From contig OX597815.1 of assembly GCA_951406725.2 (NCBI GenBank), positions 194,308,001-194,372,000 of the forward strand: 64,000 bases of DNA, given 5' to 3'. Positions within the stretch are counted from its first letter, which is position 1. Each line of letters begins with the position of its first letter. The DNA is from Octopus vulgaris. Its lineage: Eukaryota. The notes beneath the pieces were generated by a model. The model saw nothing but the letters and a program-made list of their open reading frames with translations, ran no database searches and had not been told where the DNA came from. The position numbers were made by a program, and so were the translations under genes. Of the stretch, positions 41,478 to 56,789 are shown piece by piece.

Positions 41478-42130
41478 CTTCTTCTTCTTCTTCTTCTTCT
41501 TCTTCTTCTTCTTCTTCTTCTTCTTGCTGTTGTTGTTCTTATTATTTTATCTTCTGAGTGTTGTCGATTCTGCACTTCACATAGTTAGTCCTTAATGCCT
41601 GTTCTTGCGCTGAGCATATAAGTACTTCTGTCTCATCTTCAGGTTACTCCTCCTCTTCAACTATAGCCACCGGTCCTCTGTATTTGTCTTGGCGTTCATA
41701 TATCTTGCAAACTATCTGCACACTTTCTTCTCCTTCCATGCCATTTCTTTGTGTTCTTGTTTCCTTTAAGATTTTCGTTCTTTACACAATTATTAATTTT
41801 GATGACACCGGACTTCGTCACATGTTTTAACAATGGTTCCACGGTATTTTTTACATACCAGCCTAAGCTGTTTTCATCTGCTTCGATACAATCCTGGCAA
41901 CTGATCAAACCTCTCCCACTCTTTCTTCTGGACAAGTACAGCCTTTCAGTGTCGCTCTTTGGATGGAAGTCTCCGTGCGTTGTCAACATTATTCTTGTCT
42001 TCGTGTCCGTGTTCATCACTTCTTTCATTCGCCATTTTATGATTCCTGCTCCATAACGACGTGACGTTATCACCCATGTATTAACTGCTTGGATTTTATT
42101 CCATCCAGTCAATTTTGAGCGCAAGACCAA
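40860..42130 (-). pseudogene. R4/Dong-like ORF fragment (RT C-terminus, zinc knuckle, RLE)
   Basis: NKIQAVNTW...RYGAGIIKW...DTKTR.MLT.HG.FHPKSDTERLYLSRRKSGRGL; AQEQALRTN; KC.MC..ETVWH; IDIACSGD.RI.EKE.EK; LQNSALLGTARLLRKVL. Confidence 0.88.
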
Positions 42131-42702
42131 TCTTCTTCTTCTTCTTCTTCTTCTTCTTCTTCTTCTTCTTCTTCTTCTTCTTCTTCTTCTTCTTCTTCTT
42201 CTTCTTCTTCTTCTTCTTCTTCTTCTTCTTCTTTCCTCTTCTTCTTCTTCTTCTTCTTCTTCTTCTTCTTCTTCTTCTTCTTCTCTTTCCTCGTCTTCTT
42301 CTTCTTCTTCTTCTTCTTCTTCTCTTTCCTAGTCTTCTTCTTCTTCTTCTTCTTCTTCTTCTTCTTCTTCTTCTTCTTCTTCTTCTTCTTCTCTTTCCTC
42401 GTCTTCTTCTTCTTCTTCTTCTTCTTCTTCTTCTTCTTCTCTTTCCTCGTCTTCTTCTTCTTCTTCTTCTTCTTCTTCTTCTTCTCTTTCCTCGTCTTCT
42501 TCTTCTTCTTCTTCTTCTTCTTCTTCTTCTTCTTCTCTTTCCTCGTCTTCTTCTTCTTCTTCTTCTTCTTCTTCTTCTTCTTCTTCTTCTTTTTCTTCTT
42601 CTTCTCTTTCCTCGTCTTCTTCTTCTTCTTCTTCTTCTTCTTCTTTTTCTTCTTCTTCTCTTTCCTCGTCTTCTTCTTCTTCTTCTCCTCCTCCTCCTCC
42701 TA
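42131..42702. repeat. (CTT)n tract with higher-order unit (CTT)n-CTC-TTT-CCT-CGT
   Basis: The interruption ctctttcctcgt, or close variants, recurs about 9 times. Confidence 0.9.
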
Positions 42703-43500
42703 ACTGTTGTTGTTCTTATTTTATCTTCTGAGTAATCTATGTCGCCTCAAACCGCCATCCCGGAGCTTAGAGACGCAACAACCTTTTCAACACATGTTCT
42801 GTTCCAAGTATTGCTACAAACTGAGTACTTCTTATGAAGTTTGCTTGCTTTGAGATGGTTCCAAGTACAACCGATTACAATAGGTACCACACTCACCTTC
42901 GAGGCTCTGTGCATGCGTTTAACTTCCATCGCTAGATCTTGGTATTCTCGACTTTCTCGTCATCTGTCTTCACAATATTCTGTTCTTCAGGTACTGCAAC
43001 ATCAACGAAGGTCCGCTCTTTGAACTACTTCAGTTAGAGAGTGACAACTGTTGGATTATGTTGCAGCTTCTTATTTCTGCAAATGGAATATCCAATATGC
43101 ATTTCACCTGATCAATCTCTGTTACTGGCAAAGGTTAATGCTCATACCATTTGTTGGAACATTCTAGTTCAAAGTTCTTGCACAACTCCCAGTGTATTCG
43201 CACAGCTACTTTGTCATGGCGTTTTTTGTAATAATTTTAGGCCAGTTTTGAGCACCCATGTTTAACTGCGTCCGGTGATTTTTCACATAATCTACACAAA
43301 CGTGACGCTGCTGTCTTATCACCGCTACACTTGTCTGAGTTGGTTAGTAAAGCTCGTTCTTGAGCAGCAAGAATCAGTCCTTCAGTCCTCTTCGTTAAAA
43401 ATCCATTTCTTAGTCATCTCTAGGATTCCTCATCAGCTTCAACCGATATTTGCTGAAAAAAGTCTCCGTCTAGGACATTTCTTTCCTGTTGAAAGAAACT
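42703..43500 (-). pseudogene. R4/Dong-like 3' portion
   Basis: EKVENTKI..MEVKRM..KVSVVPIVIG; upstream AAQEQAL- and RHDKV-like remnants; heavily frameshifted. Confidence 0.7.
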
Positions 43501-44205
43501 TTTTGCGCAAAACTTTCAGCTGAGAGCTCAGTAAAATGGAAAATAAAGTTTAGAGCGATGAAATAAATACATACAAGAATAGTTAAATGGAGATATGCAT
43601 ATATATCTTATATATCATATTCATATTCTTAAATCGCATATATTTTTACTTTTACAAACACATGTATACATACACACACTAGCGTTCACACAGAAACATA
43701 TAATGCATCTACCTATCTTACCAATCCATCTATCCGCATACATACATACATACAATACATACATAGGCACAAATAAATACAGACATTATAAAGAAATCAG
43801 CCATTGTTAACATTTTCTTGCCCTAGACTATATCATTCTCATGTGAATTCACCAAAAGGCTTGTTGCGTGAATGCACTCATTAATAAACCTGTCTCTGAA
43901 AATGAATTCAGAGTTGGAAACTTCAAACACGCTGGGTTTTATTTGGAGGAAAAAAAAATGTCGTTTGCTTATTCACAAATAAGCAAACTTTCATAGTTAG
44001 AAAGTGTATATTTTTTCTTTTTAGCTATTCGCATATTATAAATTACACAACCAAAATGTTACGAACATTGGCATTTAGATATTCATAAATAAATACATAT
44101 TTGTACAAGTATGTCTTCGGTAGTTAGTGTATAAAATAAATGTTTGGAACGTTTGTATTCTTCGGTACACAACCGAAAAAATTACACACTGGCATAGACT
44201 CACCG

Positions 44206-44310
<105 letters not shown>

Positions 44311-44352
44311 ATTACATATAAATCAATATCGCTAGTTATACTTAAAAATATA

Positions 44353-44397
<45 letters not shown>

Positions 44398-45130
44398 TAT
44401 ATACATATATATGCTTATACATATTTATATACATATAAATATATATACATAACTATTTATAAATATCAATATATATACATATATGTGCATGCATACATAT
44501 ATTTTTATGAATGTATATATAAATTATATGTATGTGCGTGTAAAGAAATATATATATATACACAAATACACACACATATATTTATACATACATGCATATA
44601 TAAAGATGTTACAACGAATAGATGTTGATTGCTGTTGGTTAGTTAACAAGAAAATATCATACAAACAGCTTACTTTTCAAAATATACTTCTAATGAATCA
44701 ATTGATGACATATTCAGGCACGTTAGTTTTTCACTTTTTCCCCAAACAGCTCTGTTTTATTGTCTTTCTCTGTCTAGTATCTCCTTTAATTTAGTTTAAA
44801 TTGCGTTGAGGCAAAAAGGCAAGACGAATAAGATTGGGAAAAAAAATTGAAAGGGAAGAATATTGTGTTAAATATTTTCTCCGTCGTACACTAATTTTGA
44901 ATTTTTAAAAATTACAAATTAAGTTTTGGTAGCGTTTTTTCAACTACGAAACCTAACCAAAAAAAGCAAAAATAATGTTTATACCTAATTTCTTTACGAC
45001 GTAGATCTATTGGTTGGTGTATACAATACTTGCAGTGATCTGGTACAAAAGGAAATATAGAAACACGATATTTGGGTGGACTGGGTAAGTAACACAAGAA
45101 AACTGTACTACGAGAGAAAATAATTACATA

Positions 45131-45716
45131 AAGGCGGCGAGATGGCAGAAACGTTAGCACGCCGGGCGAAATGCTTTGCGGTATTTCGTCTGCCGTTATG
45201 TTCTGAGTTCAAATTCCGCCGAGGTCGACTTTGCCTTTCATCCTTTCGGGGTCGATAAATAAGTACCAGTTACGCACTGGAGTCGATGTAATCGACTTAA
45301 TCCGTTTGTCTGTCCTTGTTTGTCCTCTCTGTGTTTAGCCCCTCGTGGGTAGTAAAGAAATAGGTATTTCGCCTGCCGTTACGTTCTGAGTTTAAATTCC
45401 GCCGAGGTCGACTTTGCCTTTCATTCTTTCGGGGTCGATAAATTAAATACCAGTTACGCACTGGGGTCGATGTAATCGACTTAATCCGTTTGTCTGTCCT
45501 TGTTTGTCCTCTGTGTTTAGCCCCTTGTGGGTAGTAAAGAAATAGATATTTCGCCTGCCGTTACGTTCTGAGTTTAAATTCGCCGAGGTCGACTTTGACT
45601 TTCATCCTTTCAGGGTCGATTAAATAAGTACCAGTTACGAGCTCCGGCACGGGGTGGTAGCGACCCCTGTTGTACTCTTTCGCCCCAACTTTCTCTCACT
45701 CTTTCTTCCTGTTTCT
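45131..45716 (+). mobile_element. SINE family D trimer whose third unit switches into family A body sequence
   Basis: Head at 45132, junctions at about 45363 and 45545; at about 45640 the sequence becomes gctccggc..ggggtggt..gacccctgttgtactctttcgcc. Confidence 0.85.
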
Positions 45717-47689
45717 AGTCGCCGACTTCCCACGCAACCGATGAGCCTGGATGCGCATTCATCCATCCGTCGATGCTCTCGGTGTCGGGTGTTGACCTGC
45801 TTTCTCTTCTGCGGGTCTTACGAATATCAAAGGACCACGTTTCGGACTTCTCCCACTGCGAGCACTGGCACGAAGACCGTTCGCTCAACAACAACAGCAA
45901 CAACAACAATAATAAAAAACTACTACATTAACAACGATAAAAATTACAACAACAACAACAACAACAAGGAAAACTACTCCAACAACAATATCAATAACAA
46001 GTACTTCATTTTGTCGCTGCTGCGTATGGAGAAGACATTTATATTTTTTCCTATGTTGTCCTCCTTTTCGCGTACCAAACCCAGAAAACACAATATTGTA
46101 ACCTCTAAACGATGTCGAGCATGCTTCAAGGAAGTGTGATACGACACCATGTTAAATGTGTTGATATCGTATCAACAAATAAAGCACTTATTAAGTAAAC
46201 TGTAGGATCTGAGGAAAGTAGTTATGGCTTGTATCAGCTATTAGTGAGTATATAAACAGTTCACAAGTGGAATAAATTGGTTTATCATGAAGCAGAGGAA
46301 AAGTATAATGTTTCAGGAAGTGGCCATGGTCGGAGGGTGTAATGGCATGGAATAAACACATTGGAGGTAGCGTGTGTGTATGTGCGTATGTGCGTGTGCT
46401 TGTGTGTGTATGTGTGTGCGTGCGTGTGTATGAGTGTGTTTATGCGCGCATGTGTGTGTGAGAGAGAGAGAGAAGGAGAGAGGGGGAGAGAGAGTGGGAG
46501 AAGAGGAGAGATAGCAATGAAGAATAAAGGATTCCAATTCTGATTCCAATTCTATTGCGAACAAACAAAATGTTGCCGATATAAGAGACAATTTACAAAT
46601 CTAACTGGAGATGTCTGTGAAAATAATAGCATAAATCAATTGTATTCTTTCAGTCGTCGTAGTCTTTTGATCCAACATTTCACATCATATATATAGCAAG
46701 AATTATGTTAAATTTCATTTACTTCAACATGCCTTTGAAGTTATAAAAATATAGCCTATTACTCTCTTACTATTTTCAGATAAATTATATGCTGCTGAAT
46801 AGATGCAGATAAACCACACTGCGCTATTTAATTTCGTATGTGTCGCTTATGAGATTGTTCAGTCTAAGTAATTAAAACTGATTTTGCTCGCCAACGTTTC
46901 TTTTTAACAAACATAATGTTTGTCTAAAGAAATGTTTACTCTCACTATTTTTATATTGATAGTTCTGCTTTTGATTTTGATGGAATATTTCTTGGCAACT
47001 ACAGTTTATTCTTTGTTGTTGCTAGCATCTTCTTGCAAGAGAAAGTCTAAAATCTATCAAAGAAAACGAAGAAAAAAGCAAAACCAAAGAAAAAGCAAGA
47101 CGTTTACGAATTAGACAGCAGTGAGCTAAAAAAAAAAATTTATGCAGAAATGACGTTTGCGTCTGACGTCACACTCACGATAAATTGACTTTATATGATG
47201 TTAGGCGCATTTAAATATTCTACCTTTTATCATTAATAGAACAGATTGTTTCAGAGATAATTATCACTGGAGGCTATGAATTAATATTTAAAATTAATTT
47301 TACAAATTAGATATTTTTAGACTAATATTTAGGAAAAATGGTTGCAGTGACTTGAAACGGAAGAGAAACTAAAATTATGAAGTGTATTTTTGTAGTATAT
47401 GAATATACATGAATTCTAATTCGAGGAACATCTTTCCTGTCATAGTTTACTACGACAAAAGTTTATGTCCGATTTAGAGACCGATAAACTACCAAATAAC
47501 AGATAACTTATCTGCTTTGATTTCACTCAATAACAAAAAACATGTTTGCATAAATGGCTGTTTTGATGTAGCGTAGCCAGCCATTCTATTTCAGTCAGAT
47601 ACTGTATAATGTACCATAAAACCTGGCTGAGATAGAGTAATGGATAAATAAAACTTACATAAAAATAAAATATTTATACCTTACAGCAT

Positions 47690-49305
47690 TTGAAATTCTC
47701 ACTAACCACATGTTACTTCAAAGTGAGAAAAGCTATTTCAAAGTGAGTCAATGCCTCTTTAACAAAACTTAAACTAACTTGATTTAATTATCCAAAAACA
47801 CATAATATATTTTCCCATAGAGATGTAGTAGAGAAGACTTTATCAGTTGGAGGATACGATGCCATAATATTATAAACAAAACAAAATGTTAAACTCAATC
47901 TTTTTTAGTCGTAGTCATAGTAACGAAAAGTATTTTTTTCCCATTGTATAGTTTCCGTGGTATTTATGCATTCATAAAATCTATGACGGAGTGTGCAACT
48001 TTTAAGAAAGATGCATGAATACATTTCTGACGCATAGTGCGACATCTGTTACAAATTTAAACTGTTTATTCTCTGAAGAGTAATTCATACGACGCCTAGG
48101 CACAGTTGTGGAATAAGGAAGTGACCAGCATCGCCCGTCGTCAACTTATAGATTATTATGACCGTGGATTAGACTACTAGGAACTTGCTCAATCCACAGA
48201 CATTAATTTGAAGACTGCAAACAGAATAATTTTAAAGTGTAATGACTGTAAATTGAGGGATATAATAACCCTGAGGCTGAAGATCTAATATGAAGGTTCG
48301 ATGGTGAAATGTGAGTCTATTTGTATGAGGCAATAAGTAACAATCCATCAATCATCTTTGTGAAAGATTGATGAAAACATGAAACTGAATTTACCACAGT
48401 AACTGTTTGCATATGACAGTTGCATTTCGAAATCCCGAGATGATATCTTAGTAAGAAGAAAAAAATTGGTTCTACTGCTTGGAGGTAGAAATCGATCTGA
48501 TGTGATTGCTGCTCGACACAAATTTTCCGATTGGTATCTGACAACTGCTATTCCCTTTGGAACATTAATAAATTTTGTGGATGAACTCTGCTTTAATTTT
48601 TACACTACCAGCAGCCGTGGCACCCTAAGGGGTCACTTCATTATTTGAACACTTCATGTACAAGCACTCTCTCCATCTCATATCATTTATGTCCATTCAA
48701 CTATCGACAGACTGTTCTTGACAGAAATTTATGTTAGCCTGCATGAGAGTGAAAAATGTTTTCGTTGAACATTTGCAAGACGAGGAATATATTTGCATAA
48801 TCGATACGCCATTTTTCACTGTGGGATCAAAATTTCCATTGAAGGTATTCACATATTGTTCTTGAAACGTCTACGTGTATTCATCTATGCTTAAGCACAT
48901 AGAGAAATGCTTTTCGCATTTAAAATATACAATAAACGAGTGCAGATGTGATGAACAGTTTTGAATGTGTTATAAAGGTTGAATTCAGAGATAACATATG
49001 AAGAAAATTAGAATTGTATGCCACTGCTGTAATTACTCTTTAAAAATACTGGAAGATATTCCAGCCATATGATGGACTTTTTGCCTCGTTGCTTGGACGA
49101 TAAAAACTTATAAATTAACCAAGCAAGTTCACATTGTTGGCATTACAAATACTGTTATGACGTTTTGATATATTTTCTATTAAATCAACGTTTTTGTGTT
49201 AATTTCATTTTGAAATCGCTATTGTCACCATGAAGTGAAAAAGACTCACTTTAAAGCAATTAATCTCACTCTGAAGTGGCGAGGGCTTACTTTGAAGTGG
49301 TATGT
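47690..49305 (+). mobile_element. Decayed IS630/Tc1-superfamily DNA transposon
   Basis: HTH-like RRQLIDYYDRGLDY*ELAQSTDINLKTANRII; INFVDELCFN (first D), CIIDTPFF (second D), MLKHIEKCFSHLK (E). Imperfect inverted ends: cttcaaagtgag...aaagtgagtc at about 47716-47749 and its reverse at about 49242-49275. Confidence 0.75.
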
Positions 49306-49744
49306 ACTCACAAAGAATTACAAATATTGTAGTATGACATTTATGTCGATCTAAAACAAGAAGGCGAGAAGCATACACCTCGCTAGTATTGTGTTCCATA
49401 CATGCTCGAATTAATACAAACAATAATCCCTTCAATCAGATATAGCCAATCAATATAATGCAATCTTCTTTGTCAAATCAGATAAGCTGTTATTACCTGC
49501 ACTTCCTCTTCACCCACTCCTTATAAAAGCATACTTTCTTTCCTTCATGATACACACCTTATACAACTGCATTTCATTCCTCCCCAAAAATCCACCCAGC
49601 AGATGAGTTCCCTCTTAAGAAGGGTATATGTGTCTTGAAGAAAATGGAAACAATAAAAAACAAACTGACTGTCTGAACATGGCAAGTAAGTGACTTCGAA
49701 GTCATTCTTAACCTATTCCTTGTATATCTACCTACCTACCAATC

Positions 49745-50047
49745 CATGTATGTATGTATGTATGTATGTATGTATGTATGTATGTATGTATGTATGTATG
49801 TATGTATGTATCTGTCTGTCTCTCTATGTATGTATGTATGTATATATGTATGTATTTATCTATCTAAGAGATCTTAATTTAATTTTCTTACCCATCCATG
49901 TATGTATGTATGTATGTATGTATGTATGTATGTGTGTGTGTGTATGTATGTGTCTGTCTGTCTGTCTGTCTTACTGCCTGCCTGCCTGCCCGCCCGGCCG
50001 CCTGCCTGCCTGTCCGTCCGTTCGTCCGTCCGTCCGTCCGTCCGTCC

Positions 50048-50132
<85 letters not shown>
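49745..50132. repeat. Compound tetranucleotide microsatellite (TATG, TCTG, CCTG, TCCG, TCTA)
   Basis: Directly visible. Confidence 0.95.
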
Positions 50133-50869
50133 AAAGCTTTTAATCTAATTTTCTGTAGCTTTAGTGTAAATTTATGCTGCGATTCCTATGTCTCGTTGAA
50201 CTGAAGAATCAATAAGCTGAAATTCAACATCTTAATGAATAAGTTGACAGCCAGTCACAACATTGACAAAAGCGAGCTTCTGAGAGCATAAGATATTATC
50301 AATGCTGTTCTTCTGTAAACATGGCTTATTATGCCCAATTCTCCGTCTGTCATTTTATGTCATACGTAGCACCAGGTTTTTTTTCCAGACTATATAAAAG
50401 TTCTTTCTCGTCTTGAATGCATATTAAAAATCCGAACCATAAAATAACTCACCGGTTATCTCTCAGGAAACAAATATCTTATGAAGTTGTTATTCATATC
50501 TGACATTTAATAAGATAGTGATTGCATTTGTTCGCTGTTTACTCAGTAACTTTGATTAAACTTTTCTAGCTCTAAATGAATGCTCTCTCTTCTGGGATGG
50601 TGCAGCAATCACTAATAACATACCGCAATCAGTGCGATTATCATCATCAGCAATAACACGGGTACTATCAAACGGCCATAAGCATTATTCACAAATCGCC
50701 AATATTCACAGCGTCTCACTTTATCTTCATAAGCTATGCAAACATCGCTAGCGCAAATAGCAAAGACGTTGCCACCAAATTAACACCTTACAGCTACCAT
50801 TAATACTCCCATTGGACTCTCAACCGGTCACTCAACGTGCAAGAAATAGCAGTCAAATCTTCCTCTATT

Positions 50870-51030
50870 AGGCGTAGGAGTGGCTGTGTGGTAAGTAGCT
50901 TGCTTACGAACCACATGGTTCCGGGTACAGTCCCACTGCGTGGCACCTTGGACAAGTGTCTTCTAATATAGCCTTGTGAGTGGATTTGGTAGACGGAAAC
51001 TGAAAGAAATCCGTCGGATATATGTATATA

Positions 51031-51093
<63 letters not shown>

Positions 51094-51303
51094 TTGTGTG
51101 GCTTTGTTTGTCCCCACCAACATCGCTTGACAACCGATGCTGACGTGTTTACGTCCCCGTAACTTAGCGGTTCGGCAAAACAGCGCGATAGAATAAGTAC
51201 TAGGCCTACAAAGAATAAGTTCTGGGGTAGATTGGCTCGACTAAAGACGGTGCTCTAGCATGGCCACAGTCAAATGACTGAAACAAGTAAAAGAGTAAAA
51301 GAG
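50870..51303 (+). mobile_element. Family C SINE
   Basis: Full head, internal TA/TG tract and tail. Confidence 0.9.
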
Positions 51304-51613
51304 TATTACAAGCTGCCAACTTTGAAAAGGAAAAAAATGTTACCCCAGATGATGAGATAATTGACGCTCAAATGTCTTCGACCGTAAGTCGAGAACAATA
51401 GCAACAACAATAAGCAACAACACAAATTTATCAACAAGTTAACGATGAAACTTATAGGTGTTTGGTCAACATGCTAAAAATGGCAGCCGAATCTCCTTCA
51501 GATCACACCTCATCATCTTAAAAATTGGTAGGATATATTACCTTGTGATTACATCGTATCTAGAAATCCCGCATCTAAATCACACGGAACAATACTGTAA
51601 TACTTTTCACCGT

Positions 51614-51925
51614 GTGGAGGCACAATGGCCCAGTGGTTAGAGCAGCAGACTCGCGGTCGGAGCGATCGCGGTTTCGATTTCCAGACCGGGCGCTGTGTGT
51701 GTTTATTGAGCGAAAACACCTAAAAGCTCCACGAAGCTCCGGCAAGGGGTGGTGGCAACCCCTGTTGTACTCTTTCGCCCCAACTTTCTCTCACTCTTTC
51801 TTCATGTTTCTTGAGTAACGCTGCGATGGACTGGCGTCCCGTCCAGCTGGGGGGGGGGGGACACATACGCCATTGAAACCGATAAACCGGACCCATGAGC
51901 CTGGCTATCTTGAAAATGGCGCATA
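51614..51925 (+). mobile_element. Family A SINE (tail Y variant)
   Basis: tRNA-Arg-like head; tail ctgcgatggactggcgtcccgtccag...cccatgagcctggcta. Confidence 0.85.
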
Positions 51926-52629
51926 TATAAATAAAACTTTTCACCATAGTTCTGTTCAATCGTAGCTGACATCTAGCGATAAAATAGATGCTTTGACATC
52001 AAAAACAACAATGAAAACACTATAACTTAACGAACTTATGAGGCGGGGACCTCTACCGTACAGCACTCGACCAGGGTTGAAATGGTTGTTAAATATCTCC
52101 GAAAAAGGGTCGTACCATCTCAAATAAAGAAATTTACATTCTACAATATTTGTGAATGGTCACGCTTGAAATACTTTTGTTCATAGGCCTGAACGATTAC
52201 GATTGTCGTGAGGCTTAACATAAACAGGAACCATGATGAGAAGAACAACGATGGTGACAACGACGACGACGACGATGACGATGACGATGGCGATGGCGAC
52301 GACGACGATGACGATGATGACGACGGTATGTTTTTCGAGTACTAAATTCATTTAGAGAAACCATCAGCAAAAATATTCTGAAATCAATGAAGGAGACTTT
52401 ATTACTGCTGTTGTTTGTTTCTTCGTTATTGCTTTCTTTTGTTTGGGAATCAGATTGGCCAAGTGATTGTTATGGGAGAAGAAAAAAATATAAAAGAAGC
52501 AGCAGCAGTACCAACGACAGCAACAGCAACAACAATAATGATAACAACAGCAACATCAACAAAACAAAGTTACAGAGATCTTGTTTCATACTCGTCACTT
52601 CAGAGATTATCTCATTTTCCGCTCATTCA

Positions 52630-54060
<1,431 letters not shown>

Positions 54061-54776
54061 TAGAAAATATATTTTTATGTAATTATGTACGTTTCGGTTT
54101 ACAAAGTATAAAATGAATGAAAAAGCCAAATAAAAAAAAAAAGAAAAAAGAAGCAAAAAGAACTTAGCTATAGTTGGTTGTGGATGTATGTGTGTTTGTG
54201 TGTATTTGAACACATAAATGCTTATATTCTCAACCGAAATTTAATATCCTGATTGTTTATTTTAGTTTTTTTTTCTAACATGCTTTATTTACGTTTCTTA
54301 TTTCTATCAAAACGCTTCGTTTGGGTAAAAGAAAACGAATAAGAATAACATATATCGACAAAAAAAACCCAAAAAACAAACAAAAAACAAAAAAAATTTC
54401 TAAAGCTAAGAAAATCGAATTTCCACAACCAAACCAAACCAAACCAAACCGAACTAACAAAGTATCTAAAGGAAGAGAAGACGAGCAAAACCGTCAACAA
54501 ATAAATCTAGAAGACAAAATACATTATCAGTTAATGAGAAATAATGAAAAATATTATGCGAGTATATTTCATTATTTTTGTACTGTAGAAAGTCCACTAA
54601 GATGTTTGCAACACTAACGATGGAAATATTTTCACAATCTTCTCGTTTTCAGTAGATAATAACATAACAATACAACAACTCTATATGCTGGTCGGTCGTA
54701 TATGTATGCATGTATGTATGTATGTATGTATGTATAAATATATGTATATGTTCATTAATGTATATATAGATGTATA

Positions 54777-54843
<67 letters not shown>

Positions 54844-55014
54844 AGAATTCACAAAAAACAAAACAAAAGACGAAGACAGGTGGTGTAGACAACAAACGAA
54901 AAGATGTATTAGTATAACGCTCGTATATATATATGCATGTATGTATAAATATATGTATATGTTCATTAATATATATATATAGAGAGAGAGATGTATAGGC
55001 ATATATATATATAT

Positions 55015-55177
55015 GATTGATTGGTTGATTCTAGTTTCAGCTCATGAGCTGTGGCTATGCTGGGGCACCGCCATTTGGTGTTGCTACATGGTTTTACTTC
55101 ACGAAAGCTTTTTAGCAACTGCCATTTGGTGCATGAGAGAGTTCGATGCAGCTGCCCTCATCTGCACCTCCTGCACC
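55015..55177 (-). mobile_element. 3' end of a CR1/L2-group LINE (same family as 56790-57575)
   Basis: Minus: [23 protein letters not shown] then ggcggtgccccagcatagccacagctcatgagctgaaac and an (AATC)n-like tail. Confidence 0.65.
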
Positions 55178-55216
55178 TATATATTTATATAAATATAAAT
55201 ATATATATATATATGC

Positions 55217-55275
<59 letters not shown>

Positions 55276-55288
55276 TGTATATATATAT

Positions 55289-55473
55289 AGGGAGAATTCA
55301 CAAAAAAAAGACGAAGACAGGTGGTGTAGACAGCAAACAGATGTATTAGTATAACGCTCGGGAAGTGAAAACGTCTTTAACGTTTCGAGCCTACGCTCTT
55401 CTACAGAAAGGAACACAGAAAGAAACAAGGAGAGAAAATGAAAAATGTGTAGTGGCTAGCGATCTATCATGGC
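55289..55473 (-). mobile_element. (TA)n-anchored short repeated element
   Basis: Same as 39620-40157 without the insertion; abuts (TA)n at GGGAGAATTCAC. Confidence 0.7.
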
Positions 55474-56292
55474 TAAGAAACGTAAATAAAGCATGTTAGA
55501 AAAAATAACCTATGTATATGTAGGCGCAGGAGTGGCTGTGTGGTAAGTAGCTTGCTTACCAGCCACATGGTTCCGGGTTCAGTCCCACTGCGTAGCTCCA
55601 GTGCAAAACCGACTGAGAAGATCGGCTGCAATTGTTCTATAGTACTGTATACTTTGATTGATATAACCACTGCCTTGAGAAATGAGTGCATATTTTTTCC
55701 CGAGATATGGATACTTAGATGAATACACACATACACACACATACACAACACAAACACAAAAATATGTGAATGCATACATATACATATATATGCATATACG
55801 TGTTTATATATATATGTGTATGCATACATAGATACATATACATACATACATTCATACATACATACATATATGTATACACACATACACATATACACACACA
55901 CACACGTAAATGAGTGAACGACGGGAAGCAGTGTCATTTATATTTCAAAAATCCATTTCTACTGCTTAATCAATCATCCTTGCTTATCTTGATTGTTATA
56001 TTCCTCGTAAAAGAGAACATATCCCTTTGCAAGTTGTCTATGTGAAAAATTGACCGTTATAAATCATTTCTTGTTTACTCTCATATATCAGAGCAAAGCT
56101 ATGCTTGCTGGTAAAAAGAGAAAACCCTGGATTCTGAAGCATTTAGCTTAAGTAAACCAGCAGATAGGATACAGGATACTGAAACCCGAAAACTATGTTA
56201 TGCACACGCGATTTAACAGAAATATTGAATGGGACCGGTACAGTCATAGACGTTTGTAAAAAACATATCACCACAATTATGTACTTATATGT

Positions 56293-56678
56293 TGGAAGCA
56301 CTCCGTCGGTTACGACGATGCGGGTTCCGGTTGATCCGAATCAACGGAACAGCCTGCTCGTGAAATTAACGTGTAAGTGGCTGAGCACTCCACAGACACG
56401 TGCATCCTTAACGTAAGTTCTCGGGGGGTATTCAGCATGACACAGAGAGTGACAAGGCCGGCCCCTTGAAATACAGGTACAACAGAAACAGGAAGTAAGA
56501 GTGAGGGAAAGTTGTGGTGAAAGAGTACAGCAGGGATCACCACCATCCCCTGCCGGAGCCTCGTGGAGCTTTTAGGTGTTTTCGCTCAATAAACACTCAC
56601 AACGCCCGGTCTGGGAATCGAAACTGCGATCCTATGACCGCGAGTCCGCTGCCCTAACCACTGGGCCATTGCGCCTCC
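56293..56678 (-). mobile_element. Full-length family A SINE (tail X)
   Basis: tRNA-Arg(TCG)-like head plus body and tail; near-identical to 9141-9517. Confidence 0.9.
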
Positions 56679-56789
56679 GTGCTTATATGTACACATTTAT
56701 CAACTTAGGTTTAGACATAAATATACTTAGAAATACACATAGACTCACACCCACAATATAAGCACACACACACATCATCATCATATGCA

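Noticed and set aside
47151-47171. CRE palindrome TGACGTCA with an adjacent half-site
   Set aside because: One 8-mer in 64 kb is expected by chance and no linked gene is visible.
56600-56678. tRNA-Arg(TCG) gene (also at 3640-3713, 34635, 51614, 63090)
   Set aside because: The tRNA-like sequence runs directly into a shared SINE body and lacks a proper acceptor stem, so these are SINE heads.
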